DNA of 62,765 nt, the filler included, from Dugesia japonica (lineage: Eukaryota), in the NCBI GenBank assembly GCA_001938525.1. It is 7 parts of 7 records of this genome, joined end to end, with 100 filler letters (N's around TTAATTAATTAA, not from the genome) between each part and the next. Parts side by side here need not be neighbours in the genome. Positions count along the whole stretch, not along the records: positions 17,386 to 26,360 come from MQRL01627389.1; positions 26,461 to 35,382 come from MQRL01610715.1; 5 more parts are not named here. One strand, 5' to 3'. Position numbers and translations under genes: made by a program. Shown piece by piece: positions 22,101 through 35,482 of this stretch (the stretch's first letter is position 1; each line of letters opens with the position of its first letter). The notes beneath the pieces are model-generated. The model was not told the origin of the DNA. It did no database searches and was given only the letters and a program-made list of their open reading frames with translations.

Positions 22101-24263
22101 ACATCTTAAAATAATCTTCTAATGTTATTAGAAGAAATCGAAAACTTCCAGCAATCGAAGCATTTTGTTGATTTCTTATATGGGTAGACTCGACTTATAT
22201 ATCCCTTTTGAAGTTCAAGATTCTACAATTTCTTTGTTTGGATAGTTTCTCATGGTATAACCAAATTTATAACCACTCTAAAAGCTTTTTCTCATGATTT
22301 GTCTTAAATTTCTTCTCTAATTATTATTTCTGAAAATTTGTCCTCTACCTAGTGTTACGTTTGTATAATTCGAAACTACACTGCTTTTTCTTTCTGTGTT
22401 TTTAATCTTATTCATCAATGTTATTCACCAATCTTATTCATCTTGTTTCTATCTTCCAAGGTTTTCAGTTTATGCAGAAATATCTCTTCTTCCACGTTTT
22501 TACTTACAGCGCAGATTACCAATTATTTAGCTGTGACCTTATTTATCGCAAGCACATTATTTGAGAAACACCTTTCAACTGAATATTTTACCTTCACAAA
22601 ATGTCTCAACATCTTCGCCGTTGAATCTGTAACTTATTATACTTTGAAAATCATTAATTACATCGCGCTTACTGTTAAAGGCTATATGCAAGCGAGCTTC
22701 GAATCCTTCGGTATTTTTCAAAGTCTTGGCATTCGTTTCCAAAAGCGTAAAACTAAGTTTTCCTGTTCTTTTCTCTGTGTGATTTTTTGTATCAAAATGC
22801 AATTTACATCGTTTGATAAATCTCTAAAAGAACCTTTTGGAGGAAATCCTTCAGTGATTGCATAAGTTTCGTACAGTTACCACCATATTAGGAAAGCCGT
22901 CCGAAGACAATTTATTTTCAATAAAAACACTACTCATTTCATATATAATTTCTTTATAAAAATAGAGATAATTTTGCAAAATGAAATAACATAAATAGAT
23001 CTTCTAATAAAAATAATTATTGGTTATTTTTTAAAAATCTTTTTCATATTAAATTTAACATTATAATCTAAACCAGCATTTCCCAACTGAAAATACAAAA
23101 CAACCAATAAACTATGTAATTTGTTAATGTGAAACCACTAATAATAATAATTTTCAACAAATCTAATAAAATTTTTCTGTTAATAAATCCATTTATTTTA
23201 TTAGTGGAAAATCGATATTGATATCTCGTCATTGATTTACAGTGGAGATAAAGTTTTAAGTAGATCTCATTAAATAAAACTACAAATAACATTATTTTGA
23301 ATTAAATTTTAAAAGTTATTCAATGCTTAGTTAAAATGTTTTGTTTGTTAACAAAAACATAATAAATATTTAGTATATTTTGAATACCACTTAAATTTTC
23401 TTGGGGACCACTGGTTGTAGAAAAACTAATCTAAACTTTTTTTCAAGCAGAAGGTGTTATTTATTATATATGTCATCACAAAACAAAAGATAATTGAATA
23501 CATTTAATCTTTGCTTTAAGAAATTTTAATTTATCATAGAAAATGTTGTCCATATCCGTTTGAAACTATAATACTTTTAATAAAGTTTTATTAATTTTTT
23601 AACTGATTTAATTAATAACTTTTATACATTTATTTAAACTAACATATTGTTTACTTTTCAATATATTTGATAATCAGTAATAAGTATTTTGAAAACTACT
23701 TTAAAGACAAAAATCAAGTAAGGAAAATAATAAAATAAAATTATTAATTAATTGAAATTAATTTCATATCCGGAAATAAAAAAATATATTTAATCAATTA
23801 AAAGAAATTACTTTGAAAATGGTTTTGTGAAAATTATTTGCGATTTTCCCTGTATCATGGAATGCGGTCATATATTTAATAACAAATAAAAACGTTTTCC
23901 GTATAAACCACAAAATCCAGAAACAGACAACAATATCAAAGCTTACATAAATATATGCATTATATCCGGTATGCAAATGGAATAGCAAATTAAAAATATA
24001 TTCTATGGGAAGATATAACGTAAAAATATTGAATATTATTTTGACACAATAATCATAAATACACAATAGATAAATTAACCATGATGATAACATGATGACA
24101 ATTAATTGTTAAACTAATTATGAATAGCTCTCCAGCATATTTTATTGATTAGATAAGGCGAATATTAAATAGTTATTAAAATCATTGATAATGAGATGCT
24201 TAATGCATGCAACTAACCTGGGTTTTGAATCTATTGGAAACATGCTTTTGTGGTTTCTCTGGA
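19169..24263 (-). CDS. SVIL: Supervillin homolog, internal exons (24263-24218, 20230-20158, 20111-19817, 19582-19439, 19371-19169); both ends lie outside the identifiable region
   Basis: Phase-consistent GT-AG splicing gives NRFKTQ|PLSFDD, HLTQPIT, SIKDR|ISQMQSQGENNWKRRL and QWKKRIEQKDVGEFTAISKL. These match the supervillin N-terminal motifs RFxTQPVT, [21 protein letters not shown] and W..KV...D...FTVAGKM. Confidence 0.82.
21480..22900 (-). mobile_element. Highly degraded transposon relic, possibly LINE ORF1, in a supervillin intron
   Basis: VYPYKKSTKCFDCWKF near 22140-22190 resembles a gag-like zinc-knuckle start. The region has many stops. Confidence 0.3.
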
Positions 24264-24520
24264 CTGAAAATAATGGAAAATTTCAATTATAAATATTGAA
24301 TATTAGTTAATTATTTTTCTTAAAATTAAAAAAATTTAATGCTTAATTTACATTAATACACGTAAATAACAAGAATATATAACAAAATTAACTTAAATGA
24401 AAAATTTTTTTTGGTTAATCAAATTTCGTGAATTATTCGAATTTATTTATAGTATTATTTGAAATTATTTTTAAATATTTCGTAATAATTTAGAACAATT
24501 TCTCAATAAAGTTTTTATAC

Positions 24521-24997
24521 AATTGCAATTATTGCGAGAATAATGGTTGGGCATAACCATTGATCGTTTTGTAGAATTCATTTAATATAAAAGCTTTGAT
24601 CAAAATTTTGGTTTTTTATTGATATTGCATAACAAATGAATATTTCGACCTTGTCTTCGTCAGAAATTGACTTTTTTTCAAAATGGACAACAATGGATAT
24701 GGACAACATTTTCGATGATAAATTAAAATTTCTTAAAGCAAAGATTAAATGTATTCAATTATCTTTTGTTTTGTGATGACATACAATAAATAATACATTC
24801 TGCTTGAAAAAAAACGTTCAGTTTGAAAAAAAGTTTAGATTAGTTTTTCGGCAACCAGTGGTCCCCAAGAAAATTTAAGTGGTATTCTTTTTTTTAATAA
24901 AAAAAAGTCAATTCCTGACGAAGACAAGGTCGAAATATCGAATTGTTATCCAATATCAATAAAAAACCAAAATTTTGATCAAAGCTTTTATATTAAA
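24521..24997. mobile_element. Inverted pair of Penelope-like pseudo-LTR fragments (24521-24680 minus; 24900-24997 plus)
   Basis: The two arms are reverse complements, and each carries CTGACGAAGACAAGGTCGAAATAT. Confidence 0.7.
24909..24945 (+). ncRNA. Minimal type I hammerhead ribozyme (Penelope-associated, dimer type)
   Basis: CAATTC-CTGACGA-A-GAC aag GTC-GAAA-TA-TC-GAATTG: perfect 6-bp stem I, 3-bp stem II, palindromic AUAU stem III. Predicted cleavage after C24939. Confidence 0.72.
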
Positions 24998-25092
24998 AGT
25001 TTTTATATTAATAAATATTCTTTTAACAACAAAATTTTAGAACTTTATATACTTGACATACGAAAAATATTAAACACAAGAAACACAATGTA

Positions 25093-25399
25093 TAGGGTTG
25101 CCAACATCTACAACCTCGAACCCGAGAGATTATAAAATAGCAACCATTATAATTTAAAATGCTTAACAAATATAAAAAGTGGTTTTCATTTTTTTGTTGA
25201 CACTGTTACAACTTACACATGATGATGTGTGTGATTTTAACGATATGATGACTAATACCAAAAAGATATAAACAAAACAATCTTGTAAAAACGGAAAGAC
25301 GAGAGGATTATATCGCCCGAGTCAGAGATAACGCCGAGACGGGAAATGAAATCAAGTTCCAAGTGACTCCCGGCAAAAACGGAAGAGTTGGCAAGCCTA
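25093..25399. mobile_element. hAT-family MITE
   Basis: TIRs TAGGGTTGCCAAC / GTTGGCAAGCCTA; 8-bp TSD ACAATGTA / AAAATGTA (7 of 8 match). Confidence 0.85.
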
Positions 25400-26360
25400 A
25401 AAATGTATATTAATTGTGAAATTATAATTTTTTAATGAAAATAGTTAAATACAAAAATTTTACCTCAATAAAATAAAACAAGTACAATTAATAAATCAAC
25501 ATAAATCTAAAGTGTTTTCTTTAAACAATCAGAAAAATGAGAAACTTGTGCAGATTTCAGTGAATAAATTTCAAGCAGATTTGGCTTTAAGTTTGTTGAA
25601 TTTATGGAAAGAATAGCTAGTAAATAAATATTGTTTAATTTTCATCATAATTTGTATAGAAAACGTCTATCACATGCGCGCGAGCACACACATACATATA
25701 TATAAGGCCTGTAAGAGCTATTGGGCACTACAAAGTATACAAAAATTATTTTATATAGGCTTTAGAATTNNNNNNNNNNNNNNNNNNNNNNNNNNNNNNN
25801 NNNNNNNNNNTATAATTTTAATACATATTTTGCAAAAGAAAAATTGCTTGATACGAACTCATGGAAACGCTTCTCCTATAGAGTGATTCGCGCCTACAGA
25901 AATATAGCTCGGATTTTTTATTTTATTTGTATTGTAGCTAACTTAAGTTATGTTTTATGTTATATTTATGACAATATAAGCTGTGCTTTCTTTTAAACAG
26001 TCAAGCAAAACTGAAATCAGATTACTATACGCAGCACTAATATGTCAACTTAAATTCAATATTAATTTCAATTGATTTGTTAATTATTTCTCAGAAATCA
26101 AAACATTAATAGCAGATCAACAAAGTCTTGGTTGCATTGTTATAGAATTAAAGTATATATAAAACAAAATCTGTGAACTTGAGTGACAAAATTATCTCAT
26201 ACTTAAAGGTTATCATTCAATATTATAAAACATACTAGCATTGTTGACGAAGTTTTAAAAATTTGTATAATTGTTTTCAAATTTGTTTAATATAATTTCG
26301 TCATTAAATATCTTTAATATTTTTATTTTGTGTATTAATAAAATTCAATGGAAAAAATAA

Positions 26361-26460
26361 NNNNNNNNNNNNNNNNNNNNNNNNNNNNNNNNNNNNNNNN
26401 NNNNTTAATTAATTAANNNNNNNNNNNNNNNNNNNNNNNNNNNNNNNNNNNNNNNNNNNN
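26361..26460. other. Artificial scaffold linker
   Basis: N44-TTAATTAATTAA-N44. Confidence 0.95.
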
Positions 26461-27522
26461 TTTTAGTACTATTTTATTTCTAAGCGTTTATTTCTCCCAT
26501 TTTTAATTTTGATTTATTATATTAAGATTCATTTCTATTTTTTCTAATTCTTTATTCAAAATTTTATTTTTCTAAGTGTAATGCTAAAATGTCATTCGTA
26601 ATTGATTCCATCTCATATCGTAAATTATTGATAAAATCTAATAATAGTTTAATATGACAGTAAATCTATGTACAAAGATGATATTTTGTTTTACCATTAA
26701 ACATTTCATTGTTCTTTCATCCAATTTCGAAATATGGACTTATTGTTAGGTTTTTGTCACATATTCTTATGTGGTTTTCTATTAAACCCAACTAGTCTGT
26801 GAATTCAAGACATTTTTTAACAATTTCTGAATTTACAATGTTAATTGGATAATAAATAACAACATCTTTCTCAAAATCTTTCTCTTAATCTTGACCATTT
26901 AAATAATTTTCTATACAATTTGAGCAATATTTGTAACTGCAAGAAGCATCACCATTAAAACATTACATATATTGCAAATCAACTTCATTTACTAATTGAA
27001 ATTTGTTTCCTATCATAAATTCTCACAAATTATCAAATATTTCATTTGCCATTTATAAATTTATATCTCAGTCACGAAAACAAATCATCAAAATCCAAAC
27101 AATTCTCACAGCTACAAATTATTATCAATATCAAAGAATCAATTATAAAAAAGATAAAAAATTGATACTCACCAAATTTCTACTATTTATTTTTAAAAAT
27201 GANNNNNNNNNNNNNNNNNNNNNNNNNNNNNNNNNNNNNNNNNNNNNNNNNNNNNNNNNNNNNNNNNNNNNNNNNNNNNNNNNNNNNNNNNNNNNNNNNN
27301 NNNNNNNNNNNNNNNNNNNNNNNNNNNNNNNNNNNNNNNNNNNNNNNNNNNNNNNNNNNNNNAATTTGTTTATCAAATTGTTTGTTTATCAATTTGTTTA
27401 CCAACTCCTTGATTCGCTTTAATATTCACCAATTCCTTGATTCAATTTAATGTTCACCAATTTCAGTTTCAANNNNNNNNNNNNNNNNNNNNNNNNNNNN
27501 NNNNNNNNNNNNNNNNNNNNNN

Positions 27523-27590
27523 ATTGATATTGATATTGATATTGATATTGATATTGATATTGATATTGATATTGATATTGATATTGATAT
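27523..27590. repeat. (ATTGAT)n microsatellite
   Basis: About 11 perfect units. Confidence 0.95.
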
Positions 27591-30499
27591 TTTATTGACT
27601 TAGCTGATATAAGATATTATTTTGGCAACATTTTCAAAAAAGAAGTTTTAAAAAAATGAATGAAATTATCTAAATCATATTTTCTTAAAAGCTTTGAAAA
27701 ATCAAACGTTTGAAACATCAAAGAAAATTAATCAGTTTATTTGTTTTACTTTTTACGATAATACTTTTGAGTAAATTTTAATTCAATATCACAATAGAAT
27801 TATTTGATCTTTAATTAATATTTCTAAATCGATTTATTTATTTTCTCATTTTATATTAAATTAATATTAGAAAATCTAACTCTAATAATTTATTGGCGTA
27901 ATGCTCACACTTACTTAATACTGTAATCTTAATACGTTAATGCTTAATGGAAATTATTTCCATTCACATGTACTACAAGCCAAAACTTATTTGAATAAAT
28001 ATAATTATTTTAGACTAATGAAATTAATTAAAAATCAATTACAAAAAACAATTTGTTTTAATAATAGTCAAAACTTTTTTAATAAATAAAGCAAATGGTA
28101 AATAATATTTGAACTGATAGTGTTTTGATTTTATTAAGTTAATTAATTAAATTGATTTTCTAATCCNNNNNNNNNNNNNNNNNNNNNNNNNNNNNNNNNN
28201 NNNNNNNNNNNNNNNNNNNNNNNNNNNNNNNNNNNNNNNNNNNNNNNNNNNNNNNNNNNNNNNNNNNNNNNNNNNNNNNNNNNNNNNNNNNNNNNNNNNN
28301 NNNNNNNNNNNNNNNNNNNNNNNNNNNNNNNNNNNNNNNNNNNNNNNNNNNNNNNNNNNNNNNNNNNNNNNNNNNNNNNNGAACCAGTCAAAATGACTGT
28401 TTTTAATATTTTTCTCGAAAATTTCTATTATATTCCATTTTGAATATAACTTTAGTAAGTGAAGTCAATTCCTGTCGAAGGCTAAGTAGAATATTCAAAT
28501 TATTATCAAAAACAAAATTAATTTTGATCGGAGCTTATATTTTAATGTATTTCAAATTTATGCTGATAATATTTACAGCTCAAAGAAGATTCGTATCTAG
28601 ATTTCTTCATATATCAGATAATTCATTTATATAATCATATAAAAATTTATTTAGGTTAATTTTTAAATTCTCAAACTTTCTTTCCATATTTAATACTACA
28701 ATTAAAATTTCACGAAATAAATATTATCCTCTTATTACTCCAACTTTTTTGTCAAGTTGAAATTATCGTATTTTAGAGATATTTTAACTTTTTTGACTTA
28801 ATTTATCTTTCTTTATTTCATTCTTATGTTATCGACATGTTCGATCTCTTATTAATTAATATTACAGTATGTATTGCGTAGAAGAACCTTCATCGTCATC
28901 GTTGAGATAAATGTTATTTAATTTTCACTAGGAGAACTAAAACATTTAAAATGTAATATTTTATCATTAGATATTATTGTTTTCTCTTCAAAATTTACAA
29001 AGTATTTCAGCATTAATATTTTGTTTTAACAGTAGCAAACAATATTATTCATTTTATATTGGTAGATTAAATTTTCGGCGTTTGAAAATAGTGAGTTTTT
29101 AATTTAAAATAATTTTCTGAATTTTGACACGGACTTTCAAAGGTCTAGCTTTGATTAAATGTGTAAGAACATTTCTTTTTAGTTTGCTACGAAGTACTCC
29201 ATTGTTATAACATCATCCTATCATTTAAGCCAGCTGCGGTAGCTTACATCTTAAGATTGTGATTGAAGGTACAAAATCTGGTAATAAGTGAACCAATNCG
29301 TAGAGTGGGTTGAGTGATTTTTATATATATTGTGAATGGCTATTTTTTAGAGTATTCTGATAGGTCATACATACTAATTTTCTTATTCTTCTCCTTTTAC
29401 AGCTATTAGCTGTACTCCGTGTACCTCTTTTACCGCTTTTGGTTTCTGAGGTAGTTGGCTCCGGCCAACTATTACAAATGCAATAAATGTTACATTTGTA
29501 ATGAAAGGCTTTCTTTTGGAAATTCTTTTTTCTGAACTACCTCATAATATTAAATAATAATAATAAATAATATAAAATTTAATTGAATTTTTTAAGAGTT
29601 TTTGACTGTCTAATTTGCATATATTTACGTATTCATTTAAAATAAAAGATTCGATCTTTTGGAATTATTATTATTTTCAAATTATTTTGAATTATTATCA
29701 TAAACCAAAAGCTTTTATTTTAAATGAATTCTGAAAAACGATCAAAGATTATGTCCAACAATTATTCTCGCAATAATTGCAATTCTAAAATATTTATGTA
29801 TCCTAATTTATTAATCACTACAGACAAAAAAACAGATCGAATTGAATATTTCAAAGAATACCAAATAAAGTGATTAACTTGAGAAAGAGTTAGTAAAGTA
29901 TAGTAAAATAATCAAAATAAATATGATTTGTTATTAAAAATCGCTACTACATATAAATTTCTTATTATTTGCAAATAATATATGAGTAGATATTTTCATA
30001 AGTGTATATTGATTTATTGATTATTTGAATTTTGATTTATTTATCGATATTTAATAACAATAAAAACCGTAATAATTAAAAAAACAAAATCTTTTAAACG
30101 AATAAGAAAATAAATATTGCATGAATCAAACGTCTTANNNNNNNNNNNNNNNNNNNNNNNNNNNNNNNNNNNNNNNNNNNNNNNNNNNNNNNNNNNNTAC
30201 AATAATTAATTATTCTGTCGAGATAAGTGATAAAAAAAAACTAAATGATGTAGACATTGAAAACTACAAATCTCTTAAATTATTAATATCATAAATATTC
30301 ATGTAAAATAGAATTTGTTTTCATTGTTTATTATTTCCATTATAAAGAGAATTGAGAATACTTTTTTCTAATATTTATCAATAAATTTAATCAAACATCT
30401 TTATTGGAAAATAAAATGTCTACGAAAATTTANNNNNNNNNNNNNNNNNNNNNNNNNNNNNNNNNNNNNNNNNNNNNNNNNNNNNNNNNNNNNNNNNNN

Positions 30500-33400
30500 A
30501 AATTCAAATGTAACACGCTTAGTCAAGATTTATTATAATATTAAAACAAGTGACTTATTAATTATTAACTTTCCCTTTATTTAAGAAACTGTCCACTTCT
30601 TTAACCATTCTATTCTTCGTTGTTTTAATCCATCTTTACATATGAGTTCCACTTGATGTGGAGAAATATATCTAATTATCTGAAATGGTCCTTCATATTG
30701 AAAATCATTTTTCTTTCTCTTATGGGGTTCTACTCGTACCAAAACCCACTCTCCCTCCTTAAAACTCCGAGATCCTTGTTTTTAGTTTTCGAAAACTTTT
30801 TCTAAATTTATTCTAGCTTCATCAATTATTTCTGTTTTACCGGTTTCTGAATTGTTATATTTAGAATGAATATTTATTTTCCGGCCAAAAACCATTTCAA
30901 AAGAAGAAAATTTAGTCGAATTCTGTTGACTTGCATTAATGCTGAATTAAATTCTTTGCAGTAATTTTAACAGAGTCTTTTCTTCGCATTTATTTTTTAT
31001 TGAGGTTGTCATCATATCTCGTACAGTTCGTATCACTCGTTCTACCAAACCATTTGATTAGTGTTGATAAGGTGAGGTGAACTATTGTATTATATTCAGT
31101 TTTGACATCTTTTTTTTATAAAATTACTTTCAAAATTTATTTCTCTGTCTGTCAAAATATTGATTGGCTTTCCGTAACGATATATAAAAAATTATTCAAA
31201 ATAACTTTGAATACAAATTGATCATCCAATTTAGATATTACTGTTAAANNNNNNNNNNNNNNNNNNNNNNNNNNNNNNNNNNNNNNNNNNNNNNNNNNNN
31301 NNNNNNNNNNNNNNNNNNNNNNNNNNNNNNNNNNNNNNNNNNNNNNNNNNNNNNNNNNNNNNNNNGGAATCAGTGTTTCTAGTACGACTTTGAGTAATTT
31401 GCCTTTTAGCACAAACTATACATTGTTTTAAATACGCTTGTATTGTATTCATCATTGATGGCCAAAAATAATGATCCTTAAGATAATTAAAAATCTTTTT
31501 TTCACCAAGATGACATAGATCGTTGTGAATCATTATTACAAATTCATTAGCAAAATTTATTGGTACCAAAATTAATAAATTTTTACCGTCTTTTTTAACA
31601 AGTAAATCATCAATAATTTTCAAGTTTTCAATACTTTTAAACAGGTATCTAGTTTTACAGATTTCTGAGCATTCCATAATTTTACTAATTAAGTACCTTT
31701 TAATTTCGCTAAAATTTATGTCGTTGTTCTGACTAATTTTAATATTGTCCACAAAATTCAATGTTTGGTCCAGACCATTTATGNNNNNNNNNNNNNNNNN
31801 NNNNNNNNNNNNNNNNNNNNNNNNNNNNNNNNNNNNNNNNNNNNNNNNNNNNNNNNNNNNNNNNNNNNNNNNNNNNNNNNNNNNTTTTCTATATTGAAGA
31901 TCCAAATCATACTCTGAAAGATTGGCCATCCAAGTTTGAAATTGAGGACTTATTGGTTCTTTTGTTGTGTTCATAAAAATTAGAGCTTTGTGATCAGTTC
32001 TAGCGATAAATTGTTTGCCATATAAGTATTGCTTGAAATACATAACATATTCATGTAACGCTAACAATTCTTTTCTAGTAACACAATAACCTTTTTCATG
32101 AGCCGAAAGAAGTCGTGATTCATATGCAATTACTGTTTCATCACTATTTTCTTTAATTTGGCTTAATACAGCTTCTATTGTTCCAAAACTAGCATCTGTG
32201 TTTAAAATAAACATTCGATTTTTTCTAGGATAATCCAAAATAGCCGCTGAACATAATTTATTTTTCAGGGCATTAAAACTTTGATCGCATTCATTTGTCC
32301 AATAAATATTTTTGTCACATCCTGATATGGCCGCATAAAGTGATGCTGCAATTTCAGCATAATTCTTTATAAATCGGTGATAATAATTTGCTAACCCGAG
32401 AAATTATTTTAATTTTGATGAGCATTTTGGATTTTCTGCTTTAAGTATTTCTGTAACTTTCAAGGTATTTGTTCGAATTTCATCGGAATTAATAGTGTGA
32501 CCTAAAAAAATGAGTTCTTTTTGATGAAATTTGCACTTTTCTGGGTAGATTTTTAATCCGCAATTAAAAATCCATATAAACACTTCCTCTAACATTTTGT
32601 CATGTTCTTACTTAGATTTTCCATATACTAATATATCATCGAGATAAAAAATAATACCATTAAAAATTAATCTATCTAGGAGTTCATGCATAAGTTTTTG
32701 AAAAGTGGCTGGTGAAGTTGCCAAGCCAAAAGGGATACGATTAAAACAAAACTGACATCGTTTAGTACTGAAAGCAGTAAACAGTCTTGAATTTTCATCC
32801 AACTCTACTTGGCAGTAAGCTTGGCCCAGATCGATAGATGAGAAATAATATGAATCAGCTAAACAATCAAGCAGAAAATGTATATCCAGAATTGGAAAAG
32901 TAAATTGTTCTGTAGCTGCATTTAACTGTCTATAATTAATACACATTCGGATTAATCCGTCTTTTTACTAACAATTACTGGTGGGGAATTCCATGGGCTT
33001 TTACATTTTTTTACCACATCTGTTTTGATAAAGTTTTCCACTAGTTCATCAATTTTTGATTCTAAGCGCATTGGTTGACGTCTAGGTTGTTTCAGTATTG
33101 GTGCATTATTTGCTTTTATTTCATGTTTTATCAATGTCGTATGACCCAGATCGAATTTCGAAGCCATAAAAATATGCCCATACATTTTTATCAGATTGGT
33201 CAATGTATTGTTGTTTTGTTTATTGAAACATTCTAAGGCAATTCTGATTCTTTCTGTATCTGAATGATTATTTTTGATTATAGAAATATTAATATTGTTT
33301 ATTTTCACTAGTTTTATTCCAAAACTTTTCATTATATCTATTTCACCAATGAAATTTGGATAAATTGGTCAAACTATTAATATATTTACTAATCGAATCT

Positions 33401-34801
33401 TACCGTTCCATCTCACATTTACTGACACAGATCCCATCGGCTTTTCACTCATATTCGTATCTAATAAATAAGGTTTTCCAATCTTCTCCTAACACTCTTT
33501 ATTCATCACTGTTATTGCAGCTCCTGAGTCCCACAACCTTTTAATTGCCACATTTTCAACTTCCACAGTATTTCATTGCCTGTCATCACTCGTCTGGTAC
33601 ATCGCATCATTCTTCATATCATTTCGATTTAAAGGATCATTTATTAATTCAACCCTACTGACAAAATGTAAGCAACAGAGTTGTCCTGGTTTTTTTGTTC
33701 TTCAATGTCATGATTTATTATTTCATCTTCACAATACTCTTCATTACTTTCATCATAAATATATAATATAGGCTTATTATAATTTCTATTTCAATTATTC
33801 AGTAAGTGACAATTTTTGAATAAATTTTTTTCTTTTCCACATATCAAACACTTATTCTTTAATGGGCATTCAAAACGTAAATGATCCCTTTCTCCATAAC
33901 AATAACATTGACCTGGTTTTAAAATTTCATCTTTTGGTTGTGGCAATCCATTGTATTTATTATATCATTTTCTCGCAATATGCTTCATGGAAACTGATGA
34001 TTGATATATCGAATTTTCATTGTTCCAGTTATTTTTATTATTTGTTATTATTTATATCCTTGCTTCACAACATCAGAATATCTTCTTTTATTCATTACAT
34101 TTACATATTTATCTTCTTCGAATTGAATTTAATGTTCTTTATTTTCATATAACTTGGCAATATTTCAAACATCTTGAATGTTCATTTTCGGTTTCGAAAT
34201 TAATTTTACTTTTAAAGCAGAACTTTTTGATCGTTTTGAAATAAAATCTTTTATTATTTCATCACGACTTAATCATGATTTAAATATATTATCCAGAAGA
34301 TGTTTTAACCTAATCTCGAGCGTTGCAAATCTTTCATTATCTTGTTGTTTAATTCCAGCTAATTCAACAAACATATCTGAAATCGATTTCTTTATCGTGA
34401 AAGTATCGATAAACCAAGATTTTGCTTCATCTTTTGTCCTGGAATCTGTTTTAAAATCTTTCCATTAAATCGCAGCTTCAACAGATAGCAATAGATCGAA
34501 TGAACTCATCAAACATAATATGTTTACTTGCAGCCATTCATCAATATTTGTAATCCATTTTGCAGCTTCTTCGAAATTTCGTCCATCATATTTTCCAACA
34601 ATGAAATTGAACATATCTTGCGCTTACTTTGGAAGTGAATCAATAATTAATTTTTTCTCTTGATGCCTCGTAACTGCGCTGATATTTTTGGCGCGGTCGC
34701 CAGTTATACTTTCTTCAACATCGGATTTCATAATACAGTAATAGGAATTCAAATGTCAAGATTTGTTATAATATTAAAACAAGTGACTGATAATATTAAT
34801 T
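30500..34801 (-). mobile_element. Ty3/Gypsy LTR retrotransposon, near full length, degenerate; short LTRs (5' LTR 34702-34801; 3' LTR starts 30570 and runs into a gap)
   Basis: gag from ~34615 with a zinc-knuckle remnant at ~33830, protease LWDSGA, RT (SPWNSP, YRQLN, PFGL..SPATFQ, YLDD), RNase H (TDAS, KELLA, TDHKAL), and integrase (H..H..C..C, TSPYQH, GPFQI). PBS TGGCGACCGCG; PPT AAAGGGAA. The two LTR copies share GTCAAGATTT.TTATAATATTAAAACAAGTGACT. Confidence 0.93.
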
Positions 34802-35313
34802 GACACAAAAAATAAAATGTATTATAAATATAGTGTATTTATTAATATTAATATTATTTATATTAATAATAAATAATATATTTATCACATTTTAAAATAA
34901 AACATAAAGATATTAACAATCAATAAAAATACTAAAACAAAAAGTTCAATAAATATTTAATAGATGTATAAGCGAATTTATTTGACCTCTCTTTGAATTG
35001 ATTATAGTCAGATTTTCTTTTTCCGGCAGTTTCACGAATATTCTAGCCAGACCATTCTGAGGTTATGCTTTTTGATCGAGTTGAATGATTCAAAATGTTA
35101 ATAAATCATTTCTTTGTTGCGAAGTTTATTTGTTAAATAAAATAAATTGTTTATTTCTTTAAATTCTTTATTCATTCTCTAATTAACGTTCTTAGTTAAC
35201 TAATTAATTTCTTATCTAATTATTTTTATGGCTGTTGATTTATTTCCTGATTTTTCTCTCTTCTATTTCTATTTTGAATTTTTGTTTATTCATGTCTACT
35301 CTTTTCTCATTTT

Positions 35314-35335
35314 TAATAATAATAATAATAATAAC

Positions 35336-35382
<47 letters not shown>
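35314..35382. repeat. (AAT)n microsatellite
   Basis: About 22 units at the scaffold end. Confidence 0.95.
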
Positions 35383-35482
35383 NNNNNNNNNNNNNNNNNN
35401 NNNNNNNNNNNNNNNNNNNNNNNNNNTTAATTAATTAANNNNNNNNNNNNNNNNNNNNNNNNNNNNNNNNNNNNNNNNNNNN
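35383..35482. other. Artificial scaffold linker
   Basis: N44-TTAATTAATTAA-N44. Confidence 0.95.

Noticed and set aside
26590-27200. Cys-containing transposase relic
   Set aside because: No diagnostic motif could be recovered in any frame.
29225-29545. piggyBac C-terminal cysteine-rich domain relic on the minus strand
   Set aside because: Only a vague K/R/C pattern; no DDD motifs or convincing CCC..GGG/TTAA terminus.
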